Shown: positions 9,958-18,742 of the stretch, in pieces
How the letters are laid out: every line of letters starts with the position of its first letter
How positions within the stretch are numbered: the stretch's first letter is position 1
Source of the DNA: Patescibacteria group bacterium UBA4664
GTDB taxonomy: Bacteria > Patescibacteriota > Saccharimonadia > CAILAD01 > BJGX01
Length of the DNA stretch: 39,543 nucleotides
Reading direction: 5' to 3'
Assembly (NCBI GenBank): GCA_943354575.1
Contig: CALRCL010000004.1
Span: 1 to 39,543, forward strand
The notes under the pieces: generated by a model
The model's input: only the letters and a program-made list of their open reading frames with translations
What the model was told of the DNA's origin: nothing
Databases searched by the model: none
Made by a program: the position numbers and the translations under genes

Positions 9958-9998
9958 CCAGGTAAGTCTTATCTGGTAGAGTATTGAAGTTACAAATT

Positions 9999-10424
9999 AT
10001 GCCAACTATTAACCAACTCATTAGGAAACCGCGCTCGCGCAAATCGACCAAGACCAAGTCCCCAGCCCTGGGGAAGACCTTTAACGCTCTTAAAAATCAG
10101 TCTACCCAGCAGAACTCGCCGTTCAAACGCGGAGTTTGTGTTAAGGTATATACTCAGACACCTCGTAAGCCTAACTCGGCCCTCCGTAAGGTCGCTCGAG
10201 TAAGACTAACCAACGGTATGGAAGTCACTGCCTATATTCCGGGCGAAGGCCACAACCTACAGGAGCATTCAGTTGTGCTAGTTAGAGGTGGTCGCGTTAA
10301 GGATCTTGGTGGAGTACGATACCACATCGTACGCGGGCATCTTGATACAAGCGGAGTCAGTAATCGTAAGCAGGGCCGCAGTAAATATGGCGTCAAAAAA
10401 GACGCTGGAAGCAAAAAGGAATAA
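9999..10424 (+). CDS. rpsL: 30S ribosomal protein uS12
   Basis: [10 protein letters not shown]..., [34 protein letters not shown]. The ORF-track TTG at 9984 adds 5 non-conserved residues. ATG 9999 gives the canonical N-terminus. Confidence 0.96.
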   Translation: MPTINQLIRKPRSRKSTKTKSPALGKTFNALKNQSTQQNSPFKRGVCVKVYTQTPRKPNSALRKVARVRLTNGMEVTAYIPGEGHNLQEHSVVLVRGGRVKDLGGVRYHIVRGHLDTSGVSNRKQGRSKYGVKKDAGSKKE

Positions 10425-10427
10425 CCG

Positions 10428-10904
10428 ATGCCAAGAAAAGTTACTAAATCTTTAAAAAGAATTCTGCCAGCTGATCGAGTTTACGATAGCGTTTTGGTTA
10501 CTAAGATGATCAATAAGGTTATGCTCGATGGCAAAAAACGCCTCGCCGAAAACCTAGTCTACAAGGCACTTGAGCAAGCTGGCGAGAAAACCAAAAAAGA
10601 GCCAATGGAAGTATTCGAAGGAGCCATCAAGAATGTCAGCCCACAGGTTCAGGTCAAATCCAAGCGTATTGGTGGAGCCAACTATCAGGTTCCAATTGAA
10701 GTAAAGGGCGACCGCAAGGTACATTATGCGATGGTCTGGATGCTCGATTCGGCCCGCAACAAAAAAGGTAAGAGCTTTGATAAAAAGCTAGCTGCCGAGC
10801 TAGTTGCCGCCTACAACAATGAAGGTGATGCCATCAAGAAAAAGCAAGACACTCACCAAATGGCCGAAGCCAATAAAGCCTTTGCTCACTTTGCTCGCTA
10901 TTAG
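10428..10904 (+). CDS. rpsG: 30S ribosomal protein uS7
   Basis: 158 aa. GKKRLAENLVY..., GGANYQVPIEV, HQMAEANKAFAHFR-type C-terminus. Sits after rpsL. Confidence 0.97.
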   Translation: MPRKVTKSLKRILPADRVYDSVLVTKMINKVMLDGKKRLAENLVYKALEQAGEKTKKEPMEVFEGAIKNVSPQVQVKSKRIGGANYQVPIEVKGDRKVHYAMVWMLDSARNKKGKSFDKKLAAELVAAYNNEGDAIKKKQDTHQMAEANKAFAHFARY

Positions 10905-10962
10905 TCTGACAGTATAATAATCCGCGTCACGACAATCCTCAAAATATAAATTGATAAAATAT

Positions 10963-10998
10963 AAAAAAAGCTCGAATATCTGATTTCGAGCTTTTTTT
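10963..10998. terminator. Bidirectional-looking intrinsic terminator after rpsG
   Basis: A7 (10963-10969), stem agctcgaa (10969-10976) / ttcgagct (10985-10992), then T7 (10992-10998). Confidence 0.75.
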
Positions 10999-11187
10999 AT
11001 TAGTTTTAGTGGTCAGAACCGATGCCTTTATTTAGTATCTAAAATAAAGATTATAATCTAAAAAATGAGCCACCCTCCTCACTCACTTTTTGGCGCACGA
11101 TGTTCTGTTAATACAGTCAACTATATAGATTCATTTTGACTCAAGCAAGCGTGTGGCGGAATGATTCTTGTAAAATCTATTTAACTC

Positions 11188-11216
11188 TTGTTATAAGCTT
11201 AAAAATAAGGTAAAAT
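11188..11216 (+). promoter_or_regulatory. Sigma70-type promoter candidate for fusA
   Basis: TTGTTA (11188-11193), 17-nt spacer, TAAAAT (11211-11216). A perfect palindrome gccgaaatttcggc (11230-11243) lies in the predicted 5' UTR. Confidence 0.5.
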
Positions 11217-11282
11217 AGTACCCGACTTAGCCGAAATTTCGGCATTATTTATTTATACTTAAGAAAGGAAATAATTTTAATC

Positions 11283-13397
11283 ATGGCTCGAGAATACACA
11301 TTAGAAAATACCCGTAACGTTGGTACCATTGCCCATATTGATGCTGGCAAAACTACCGTCACAGAAGGTATCTTGTACCGTACCGGAGTTGTCCACAAAA
11401 TTGGTGAAGTTCATCAGGGAGAGGCAACTATGGACTGGATGGAGCAAGAACGCGAACGCGGTATCACTATTACCTCTGCTGCCACGACTTGTTTTTGGAA
11501 GGGCAAGCTAATTAATATTATCGATACGCCGGGCCACATCGACTTTACCGTCGAAGTGGAGCGGTCTTTGCGAGTTCTCGACGGAGCCTGCGTGATGTTC
11601 GACGGCAAAATGGGTGTCGAGCCACAGTCCGAGACTGTTTGGCGCCAGGCCGACAAATATGGCGTCCCACGCATTTGTTTTATCAATAAAATCAACCAGA
11701 CCGGCGGAGACTTCTATAAAAGTCTAGCCTCTATTCATGAACGCCTCAGCAAGCACGCCTACCCAGTGCATTTGCCAATTGGTTTTGAGCAGGGCATCAA
11801 CGGCATCGTCGATGTCATCGAAATGAAAGCCTATCAGTACAACGACTATACCGACAAGGAACTAAAAGAAATACCAGTGCCCGAAGATATGCTTGAAAAA
11901 GCCAATAACTACCGCCAGCACCTAATTGAAGCTGCCATCGAGGCTGACGATGATATTATGGAAAAATATCTAGAAGGTACTGAGCTTACTGAAGCCGAAA
12001 TCAAAGGCGTTATACGCAAATCCGTATTAAGAGGCGACTTTTTCTTGGTTGCTGGTGGCGATGGCCGTGGCGTAATTGTAGAAAAACTGTTAGATCTTAT
12101 CGTCGATTATTTGCCTAGCCCACTAGATGTAACACCACCTCTAGCTATCGACAACAAGACAGGTGATGAAAAAATTATCGAAGTTAGCGACGAAGCTCCT
12201 TTTGCTGGCTTGGCTTTCAAGATAGCCACCGATCCATTTGTCGGTAAACTATGCTTTTTTCGCGTTTACACCGGCACACTCAAATCCGGAAGCTATGTTT
12301 ATAATGTTAGCTCTGGCGAGAAAGAGCGCATCGGACGAATCGTTAGGATGCACGCCAATAACCGCGAGGAAGTTTCGGAGGTTCATGCCGGCGATATTGC
12401 TGCTGCAGTCGGACTCAAAAATACCGTCACAGGCAATACCCTGTGCGATGAAAGCAACCAAGTCCTTTTAGAGTCCATCGAATTTCCAGAGCCTGTTATT
12501 AATATTGCAATTGAGCCCAAGACCAAAGCTGACCAAGAAAAAATGGGCATCGCACTTGGTCGTTTGGCCGAGGAGGATCCTACCTTCCGAGTCAGCACCG
12601 ACGAAGAGTCTGGCCAGACAATTATTGCCGGAATGGGCGAACTCCACCTAGAAGTATTAGTAGACAGGATGAAGCGCGAATTCAAGGTCGAAGCCAACGT
12701 TGGTCGACCTCAAGTCGCCTTCCGTGAAACTATTAAGGGCACTACCCAAATCGAGCATAAATTTGTGCGCCAATCAGGTGGACGCGGACAATACGGACAT
12801 GTCTATCTGGAGCTTAGCCCACTAGTTCACACTGAGGACAGCGATAAGACCAAAACATTTGAATTTCAAAATGCCATCGTCGGAGGCTCAATTCCCAAGG
12901 AGTACATCGCTCCTGTTGAGGCCGGTGTCAAAGAGGCCATGCGCAATGGCGTTATTGCTGGCTATCCGGTGGTTGACTTGCACTGTAAATTGTACGATGG
13001 CAGCTACCACGATGTAGATTCATCTGAAATTGCCTTCAAAATTGCCGCTTCGATGGCCCTGCAAGAAGGCGTCAAAAAAGCCACTCCAGTAATTATGGAA
13101 CCAACAATGGAAGTAGAAGTCACTACACCTGAAGAATTCATGGGTGATGTGATCGGTGATATCAACTCTAAGCGAGGCAGAGTAGACACTATGGAAGACC
13201 GAGCAGGCGCCAAGATCATCAAGGCCTACGTTCCATTAGCTGAAATGTTCGGATATGCCACTAGTCTTAGAAGTATGACCCAAGGTAGGGCATCGTACGC
13301 CATGCAGTTTGATCATTATGCTGAGGTTCCTAATAATGTTGCTGAAGATCTCAAGGGCAAGTACACCGCATCGCGCGAAGCCGGCGAAAGTCGCTAG
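11283..13397 (+). CDS. fusA: Elongation factor G, with atypical G4/G5 motifs (see findings)
   Basis: 704 aa. G1 [15 protein letters not shown]3 DTPGHIDF, domain [11 protein letters not shown]. Collinear with E. coli EF-G along its whole length. Confidence 0.97.
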   Translation: MAREYTLENTRNVGTIAHIDAGKTTVTEGILYRTGVVHKIGEVHQGEATMDWMEQERERGITITSAATTCFWKGKLINIIDTPGHIDFTVEVERSLRVLDGACVMFDGKMGVEPQSETVWRQADKYGVPRICFINKINQTGGDFYKSLASIHERLSKHAYPVHLPIGFEQGINGIVDVIEMKAYQYNDYTDKELKEIPVPEDMLEKANNYRQHLIEAAIEADDDIMEKYLEGTELTEAEIKGVIRKSVLRGDFFLVAGGDGRGVIVEKLLDLIVDYLPSPLDVTPPLAIDNKTGDEKIIEVSDEAPFAGLAFKIATDPFVGKLCFFRVYTGTLKSGSYVYNVSSGEKERIGRIVRMHANNREEVSEVHAGDIAAAVGLKNTVTGNTLCDESNQVLLESIEFPEPVINIAIEPKTKADQEKMGIALGRLAEEDPTFRVSTDEESGQTIIAGMGELHLEVLVDRMKREFKVEANVGRPQVAFRETIKGTTQIEHKFVRQSGGRGQYGHVYLELSPLVHTEDSDKTKTFEFQNAIVGGSIPKEYIAPVEAGVKEAMRNGVIAGYPVVDLHCKLYDGSYHDVDSSEIAFKIAASMALQEGVKKATPVIMEPTMEVEVTTPEEFMGDVIGDINSKRGRVDTMEDRAGAKIIKAYVPLAEMFGYATSLRSMTQGRASYAMQFDHYAEVPNNVAEDLKGKYTASREAGESR

Positions 13398-13418
13398 CAT
13401 AATAATGCAAATTAACTC

Positions 13419-13447
13419 TTTACAAATCTGCAAAATCTCCTTATAAT
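13419..13447 (+). promoter_or_regulatory. Sigma70-type promoter candidate for tuf-rpsJ
   Basis: TTTACA (13419-13424), 17-nt spacer, TATAAT (13442-13447). SD AAGGAG at 13520-13525 precedes the tuf ATG. Confidence 0.6.
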
Positions 13448-13530
13448 AAAGGGGTCAAACAATATGGCGATTTTATTATTGTCTAAAAAACCAAATAACC
13501 AAGTAATTAATTTTAAACTAAGGAGAATCA

Positions 13531-14715
13531 ATGTCAGACAAATTTAACCGAGATAAACCACACGTTAATGTAGGAACTATGGGTCACGTCGATCATGGTA
13601 AAACCACTCTAACTGCCGCTATTACTTCAGTACTAGCCAAAAAACTTCCTAGCGACGTCAATAAGCCAGTTGCCTACGACCAGATTGATAATGCTCCAGA
13701 AGAAAAAGAGCGTGGTATTACTATTGCTACTTCTCACCAGGAGTATGAAAGCGAAAAGCGGCACTACGCCCACGTCGATATGCCAGGACACGCTGACTAT
13801 ATCAAAAACATGATCACCGGTGCTGCTCAGATTGATGGAGCTATCTTGGTGGTTTCTGCTGCTGACGGCCCTATGCCACAAACTCGCGAACACGTACTAT
13901 TGGCTCGCCAAGTAGGTGTCCCAAAAATCCTAGTTTTCATGAACAAAATGGATATGGCCGACCCAGAGCTTGCTGAGCTAGTTGAGCTCGAAATCCGAGA
14001 ATTACTCGAAAAGTACGAATACGACAAAGACGCACCAATCATTAAGGGCTCAGCCCTTAAAGCCCTCGAAGGCGACGCCGCCAACGAAGATGCTATTATG
14101 GAGCTCGTCAAAGCAATGGATGAATACATTCCTGAGCCACAACGTGAGCTAGATAAGCCATTTCTTATGCCTATTGAAGATGTTTTTTCTATCAAAGGTC
14201 GTGGCACAGTAGCTACTGGCCGAATCGAACAAGGTAAGGTCAATATCAACGAAGAAGTTGAAATCGTAGGAATCAGAAAGACCACCAAAACCGTAGTAAC
14301 AGGTGTAGAGATGTTCAAAAAGCTTCTCGACGAAGGCCAAGCTGGCGACAATGTCGGCGTATTGCTGCGTGGTATTGAACGCGATGATATTGAGCGCGGA
14401 CAAGTGCTTGCTAAGCCAGGTTCTATTACTCCACACACCGAATTTGACTGCGAAGTGTATGTTCTTAAGAAGGATGAAGGCGGACGCCACACACCTTTCC
14501 TAAAGGGTTACAAACCACAGTTTTACTTCCGTACTACCGACGTAACTGGTGAAGTTGAACTTCCAGAAGGTACCGAAATGGTAATGCCTGGCGATAATAT
14601 TAGTGTCAAAGTAAAGCTACTTGCACCAATTGCCATGGACGAAGGCCTTAGGTTTGCTATCCGTGAGGGTGGTAAGACCGTTGGAGCAGGCGTAGTAACT
14701 AAGATTATCAAATAA
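13531..14715 (+). CDS. tuf: Elongation factor Tu
   Basis: 394 aa. [31 protein letters not shown]. All G motifs are canonical. Confidence 0.99.
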   Translation: MSDKFNRDKPHVNVGTMGHVDHGKTTLTAAITSVLAKKLPSDVNKPVAYDQIDNAPEEKERGITIATSHQEYESEKRHYAHVDMPGHADYIKNMITGAAQIDGAILVVSAADGPMPQTREHVLLARQVGVPKILVFMNKMDMADPELAELVELEIRELLEKYEYDKDAPIIKGSALKALEGDAANEDAIMELVKAMDEYIPEPQRELDKPFLMPIEDVFSIKGRGTVATGRIEQGKVNINEEVEIVGIRKTTKTVVTGVEMFKKLLDEGQAGDNVGVLLRGIERDDIERGQVLAKPGSITPHTEFDCEVYVLKKDEGGRHTPFLKGYKPQFYFRTTDVTGEVELPEGTEMVMPGDNISVKVKLLAPIAMDEGLRFAIREGGKTVGAGVVTKIIK

Positions 14716-14748
14716 TTACCGTAACTATAGAAAGCACCTCTAAAGCAC

Positions 14749-15069
14749 ATGCCAGAAAAACAAGAAAAGCAACGAATACGAATCAAACTAAAAGCTTATG
14801 ACAATAAGATCATCGATCAGTCTGCCAAGCAGATCATCGATACCGCTATTCGTACTGGCGCTAGAGTGGCTGGGCCGATACCACTACCAACCAAAAAGGA
14901 CAAATATACAGTTCTTAGTAGCCCGCACGTTTACAAGGATGCTCGTGAGCAGTTCGAGATGCGAACTCACAAGCGCCTAATCGAAATTTACGACCATAGT
15001 GCCAAGACTATCGATAGTCTGACTAACCTCAGCTTGCCCAATGGTGTGAACATCGAAATTAAAATGTAA
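14749..15069 (+). CDS. rpsJ: 30S ribosomal protein uS10
   Basis: 106 aa. [16 protein letters not shown]..., [30 protein letters not shown]. Confidence 0.97.
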   Translation: MPEKQEKQRIRIKLKAYDNKIIDQSAKQIIDTAIRTGARVAGPIPLPTKKDKYTVLSSPHVYKDAREQFEMRTHKRLIEIYDHSAKTIDSLTNLSLPNGVNIEIKM

Positions 15070-15087
15070 AGACCCAAAGACATGATT

Positions 15088-15115
15088 AAAAAACCTCTGA
15101 ATAAAGAGGTTTTTT
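15088..15115 (+). terminator. Intrinsic terminator directly after rpsJ
   Basis: A-run 15088-15092, stem acctct (15093-15098) / agaggt (15105-15110), T5 (15111-15115). Confidence 0.75.
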
Positions 15116-15141
15116 AATCTGTTAGAGGCAGGATATTAGCC

Positions 15142-16785
15142 ATGATAGTCAGTATTAACATCGAAGAAAAAACCATCGGTTCTAAGCTCTTGCTTAAGGA
15201 CCTGAACTTAAATTTGCAAGCTAACCAAAAAATAGCCATCATCGGACGCAATGGCGTCGGCAAGACCACTTTGCTTGGTCTAATCAATGGTGAAGATGAT
15301 GAATTTGTCGGCAATATTACCCGAAAAAAAGGGTTAGTTATTGCAACCAGCCGACAAGAACATGCCGAGGTCGAAGACATCTCGGTAGTTGATTATATAT
15401 TGAGCGAACTTCCGGAGTACCTAGATTGCAAATTGGTGATGGAGTCTTTTGCCGATATCAGCAATCCGAGCGATGCCCAGCTAAGCGAGTATAGTGAGGC
15501 ACTAGAGCGTTTTATGCAACTAGATTACTATCGAGCTGAGGATAGAGTCTTACAAGAGCTCGATAAGTACCAGATCGATGAGACTAAAGCCAGGTCACTA
15601 ATAAAGCAGCTTTCTGGAGGGCAAAAGCGTTTCGTGGAGCTAGTTAAGATTGCTGAGAGCAAGGTCGACCTCGCTCTAATCGATGAGCCCACCAACCACA
15701 TGGACTATATCGCCAAGGCGGAGTTTATAACCTGGCTAGGGTCAGCCAAAGGGGCAGTGGTTTTGGTTAGTCACGATAGAGATGTACTAGCTAATGTCGA
15801 TACAATTATAGAGGTCAAGGACCATAAAGCCCTAATATTCACGGGCAATTATGATGCCTACCTCAAGCAAAACAGCCTGGCTACTGTTGCAGGAATGAAC
15901 AATTATGAGGTGCAGCTTAGCACCATGGATAATCTCAAGAAGCAATTGGTCGAGGCTAACCGCAAAAAAGCCGGCTCAAGCAAAACCCCCAACCCTTTCA
16001 TACCAATGGTTAGGCGTTTCCAAAAACAAATTGAAGAACTTGAAAAAGTCATGGTTAAACCCTCTTTTTGGATCGACCAGCAGTCGGTCGAGGGAATGTC
16101 AAAAAAAATCACCGACCGCTATGATAAATATAAAACCAAAAACATCGCCATCGCAACAGATCAAGCGGAGACTGGCTTCCAGAACCTCCTCACAATATCA
16201 GATCTAAGTATTGGCTACCAAGAACCATTGTTTAGCGGCGTCGCTTTTAATCTCAATAGTGGCGATAGAGCCGAAATAAGAGGCCGTAACGGAGCCGGCA
16301 AATCGAGCTTTATTAAATTAATCTTAAAAGCGGCTAGTGGTCTCGCCGCCGACATTAAAATTTTTTCGGGGGCAATAATCCCCGAAAAGGGCCTACGTAT
16401 TGGTTATTATGAACAAGAAATCTCTACCGAGCTATTAAATATGACGCTTGGTGAGGCAATCGAGTCGGTTTATGTTCAGAACGAACTAGCTGTCAATCAA
16501 GAAAAAATAATGCAAATCGCCTCGCGGTACCTATTTGATCCTCGGGCTGATCTGAATCTAAAACTCAAGCAATTATCTGGGGGACAAAAAGCCAGATTTC
16601 AGATCATTAAAATGCTTGCCCCGGAGCCAAACCTGCTGATATTAGACGAACCCACCAACCATCTTGATCTGCCGAGCATTGAGGAGCTCGAGAGCGCCTT
16701 GCTCGGTTATAGTGGGGCAATACTCTACGTTAGCCATGATAATTATTTCCGCGACAAGCTCGGCGGAACTATCATCAATATATAG
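15142..16785 (+). CDS. ABC-F family ATPase (two ABC domains, no transmembrane domain; ribosome-associated translation factor / ARE-type family)
   Basis: 547 aa. ABC1: GRNGVGKTT, LSGGQKRF, LALIDEPTNHMD, VSHDRD. Linker of about 90 aa. ABC2: GRNGAGKSS, LSGGQKARF, LLILDEPTNHLD, VSHDNY. No TM segments. Confidence 0.9.
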   Translation: MIVSINIEEKTIGSKLLLKDLNLNLQANQKIAIIGRNGVGKTTLLGLINGEDDEFVGNITRKKGLVIATSRQEHAEVEDISVVDYILSELPEYLDCKLVMESFADISNPSDAQLSEYSEALERFMQLDYYRAEDRVLQELDKYQIDETKARSLIKQLSGGQKRFVELVKIAESKVDLALIDEPTNHMDYIAKAEFITWLGSAKGAVVLVSHDRDVLANVDTIIEVKDHKALIFTGNYDAYLKQNSLATVAGMNNYEVQLSTMDNLKKQLVEANRKKAGSSKTPNPFIPMVRRFQKQIEELEKVMVKPSFWIDQQSVEGMSKKITDRYDKYKTKNIAIATDQAETGFQNLLTISDLSIGYQEPLFSGVAFNLNSGDRAEIRGRNGAGKSSFIKLILKAASGLAADIKIFSGAIIPEKGLRIGYYEQEISTELLNMTLGEAIESVYVQNELAVNQEKIMQIASRYLFDPRADLNLKLKQLSGGQKARFQIIKMLAPEPNLLILDEPTNHLDLPSIEELESALLGYSGAILYVSHDNYFRDKLGGTIINI

Positions 16786-16797
16786 CTCTATAGTAGC

Positions 16798-16826
16798 TTG
16801 CCAAGCCGACCGTGCGGGGTTACAAT
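16798..16826 (+). promoter_or_regulatory. Sigma70-type promoter candidate for the small membrane protein gene
   Basis: TTGCCA (16798-16803), 17-nt spacer, TACAAT (16821-16826). GGAGG at 16875-16879 sits 5 nt before ATG 16885. Confidence 0.55.
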
Positions 16827-16884
16827 TAATTTAGTAATATTTTATAAAAATAATAAATTAAATAATTTTTTAATGGAGGTAATT

Positions 16885-17202
16885 ATGCCAGAAGAGAAAA
16901 AAACAAGTAGTGAAAATGACAAACTAATGGGCATCTTGGCTTATCTAGGGGTGCTGGTCGTGGTTCCTCTGTTTGCGGGCGGAAACAGCAAATTCATAAA
17001 GTACCATGCCAACCAAGGCTTGGTTTTGTTCATCGCGATGGTACTAACCAATATTTTATGGGTAGTTCCTTTTCTGGGATGGATGGCTGCACCGGCTGTA
17101 GGTTTCCTACTACTGGTACTGGCGATTATGGGTATTATAAACGTCGTCAATAACGAAATGAAGCCACTTCCAATAATCGGCGGAATCAAGCTCATTAAGT
17201 AG
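16885..17202 (+). CDS. Small membrane protein, DUF4870-like (2-3 TM)
   Basis: 105 aa from ATG 16885, preceded by GGAGG. The pattern GILAYLGVLVVVPLF...NSKFIKYHANQGLVLF resembles the DUF4870 family as I recall it. The track's upstream extension overlaps the promoter and is not credible. Confidence 0.65.
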   Translation: MPEEKKTSSENDKLMGILAYLGVLVVVPLFAGGNSKFIKYHANQGLVLFIAMVLTNILWVVPFLGWMAAPAVGFLLLVLAIMGIINVVNNEMKPLPIIGGIKLIK

Positions 17203-17240
17203 ATAATTTCGAATAGCCCATTCTAGTTAGTAGAATCATA

Positions 17241-17270
17241 AAAGGTACCTTTTTGGGAGGTGCCTTTTAT
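17241..17270 (+). terminator. Terminator-like hairpin after the DUF4870-like gene
   Basis: aaaggtacct (17241-17250) pairs with aggtgccttt (17258-17267), with one G-U pair, followed by ttat. The U-tract is short. Confidence 0.45.
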
Positions 17271-17272
17271 AG

Positions 17273-17302
17273 TTGACATACCTGGCCCCTATCTGATACA
17301 AT
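17273..17302 (+). promoter_or_regulatory. Near-consensus promoter with extended -10 for rplC and the downstream r-protein genes
   Basis: TTGACA (17273-17278), 18-nt spacer containing TG at 17294-17295, TACAAT (17297-17302). Confidence 0.65.
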
Positions 17303-17435
17303 GACACCTGAGTTTTAACTATCAAACAGTTCTGGTAGTTAAGAGTACTGAGAAGCGACAAGGTCTTGACGGCTTAAAAAGCCAAAGGAAACCAGCCTGT
17401 TTACTCAGGTTTTATTATTTAATAACCAAGGAATT
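17303..17435 (+). promoter_or_regulatory. Structured 5' leader of rplC (candidate r-protein autoregulatory leader or attenuator)
   Basis: Closing helix acctgagt (17306-17313) / actcaggt (17403-17410). aaacag (17324-17329) / ctgttt (17397-17402). ctggt (17332-17336) / accag (17391-17395). Internal hairpin ggctt-aaa-aagcc (17371-17383). U-rich tttattattt follows the closing helix. Confidence 0.35.
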
Positions 17436-18074
17436 ATGAAAGCATTACTCGCTAAAAAAGTTGGAATGACTCAAATATTTGATGCAAACGGTGTACGCAG
17501 TGGCGTGACCGTACTTCAGGTTGGTCCTTGTGTTGTTACCAGATTAAAATCTATCGAAACTGATGGGTATAATGCAGTTCAGATTGGCTACGGCGAGTCC
17601 AAAAAACACTCCAAGACACTCGCTGGCCAACTCAAGCTGTCTGGCGCCAAAAGCACCGTACTAAAAGAGTTCCGAACATCCGAAGTTGTTGAAGTTGTCG
17701 AGGGCGAAGATCAGCCAGTTCAGCTCAAAGTCGGCGATAGCCTAGGGGTTGATATCTTTGAGGTTGGTGAAAAGGTTGTGGTCTCAGGTATTTCAAAAGG
17801 TAAAGGTTTTGCCGGTACAATTAAACGCCACAATTTTAACACTGGTCCCAAAACCCACGGTAGCCACAACTACCGAGCTCCAGGATCGATTGGCGCAGGC
17901 TACCCTCAGCACGTCTTTAAGGGCATGAAAATGGCCGGTCAAATGGGGCACGCCAAAGTCACCATCAAAAACCAAAAGATTGCCCTAATTGATATCGAAA
18001 AACGACTAATAGCTGTCGTCGGAAGCGTACCTGGCCCCAGGCGCGGACTAGTAGTTATTAAGGGAGCTCTATAA
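17436..18074 (+). CDS. rplC: 50S ribosomal protein uL3
   Basis: 212 aa. KKVGMTQIFD..., KGKGFAGTIKRHNF. Confidence 0.97.
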   Translation: MKALLAKKVGMTQIFDANGVRSGVTVLQVGPCVVTRLKSIETDGYNAVQIGYGESKKHSKTLAGQLKLSGAKSTVLKEFRTSEVVEVVEGEDQPVQLKVGDSLGVDIFEVGEKVVVSGISKGKGFAGTIKRHNFNTGPKTHGSHNYRAPGSIGAGYPQHVFKGMKMAGQMGHAKVTIKNQKIALIDIEKRLIAVVGSVPGPRRGLVVIKGAL

Positions 18075-18742
18075 TGAAGGCTACTACTTATTCAAAAATT
18101 GGCGTCAAAAAAGCCGAAGTTGCATTACCAGCAGCCATTTTTGGAGTCGATGCCAATCATGATCAGCTCAAAATTGCTTACAACCGCTTCCTTAGCAATA
18201 TTCGCACCAATAACGCCAAAGTTCTAAACCGAGGTGATGTTTCTGGTGGTGGACGTAAGCCATGGAAACAAAAAGGTACCGGCCGAGCCCGTTTTGGATC
18301 TTCCCGAAACCCTATTTGGCGCCACGGTGGTGTAGCGTTCGGGCCTACTGGTAACGAAAATTACACCAAGGAAATGCCAAAGAGCATGATCCGGTCTAGC
18401 CTGAAGCAAGCTTTGAGTTTGCAAGTAGATATTATTAAAGTAGTCGAGGCCTTTAGTGCCAGCGAGTACAAGACCAAAAACATCATCAGTCTAATTGATA
18501 AAATCGGCGTCGAAGGCTCAATTCTAATTGCCGCCTCTAAGCTCGATAGCAAATTTATCGCCTCGGCCCGTAACATCCCTGGTGTTATGATGCTATCAAT
18601 CAAGCAGCTTAATGTCACAGCCATCTTAGATGCCGATGCCATACTCTTAGACGCCGACGGCCTCAAAGAGCTCGAAGTTTGGCTGGGTTCAACCAAGGGC
18701 GCTGCTCGCAAAGAGGCTATTAGCTCAGGAGCAAAGCAATGA
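18074..18742 (+). CDS. rplD: 50S ribosomal protein uL4
   Basis: 222 aa. GGGRKPWKQKGTGRARFGS. 1-nt overlap with rplC (TAATG). TGA stop. Confidence 0.97.
   Translation: MKATTYSKIGVKKAEVALPAAIFGVDANHDQLKIAYNRFLSNIRTNNAKVLNRGDVSGGGRKPWKQKGTGRARFGSSRNPIWRHGGVAFGPTGNENYTKEMPKSMIRSSLKQALSLQVDIIKVVEAFSASEYKTKNIISLIDKIGVEGSILIAASKLDSKFIASARNIPGVMMLSIKQLNVTAILDADAILLDADGLKELEVWLGSTKGAARKEAISSGAKQ

Noticed and set aside
9954-9982. Promoter-like TTGACC-17-TAGAGT overlapping the rpoC stop, upstream of rpsL
   Set aside because: The -10 is weak (4 of 6), and the 41-nt rpoC-rpsL gap is compatible with simple co-transcription. Not supported well enough to list.
9984-9998. TTG start for rpsL giving [12 protein letters not shown]
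   Set aside because: uS12 proteins start at [10 protein letters not shown], and ATG 9999 matches that N-terminus.
11065-11139. 24-codon ORF (MSHPPHSLFGARCSVNTVNYIDSF) in the rpsG-fusA spacer
   Set aside because: No SD, no recognisable motif, and too short to support.
13464-13547. 27-codon uORF ([27 protein letters not shown]) in the tuf leader, overlapping the tuf start
   Set aside because: An AAGGGG about 9 nt upstream makes it conceivable as a leader peptide. I have no conservation evidence, and AT-rich leaders produce such ORFs by chance.
13827-14492. 221-aa minus-strand ORF (and the 113-aa ORF at 14149-14490) antisense to tuf
   Set aside because: These are shadow ORFs inside the highly conserved EF-Tu gene. 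They have Ser/Pro/Arg-rich low-complexity translations and no start context.
16798-16884. N-terminal extension of the DUF4870-like ORF in the track (non-ATG start at 16798)
   Set aside because: The extension overlaps a TTGCCA-17-TACAAT promoter and an AT-rich UTR. GGAGG plus ATG at 16885 gives a sensible start.
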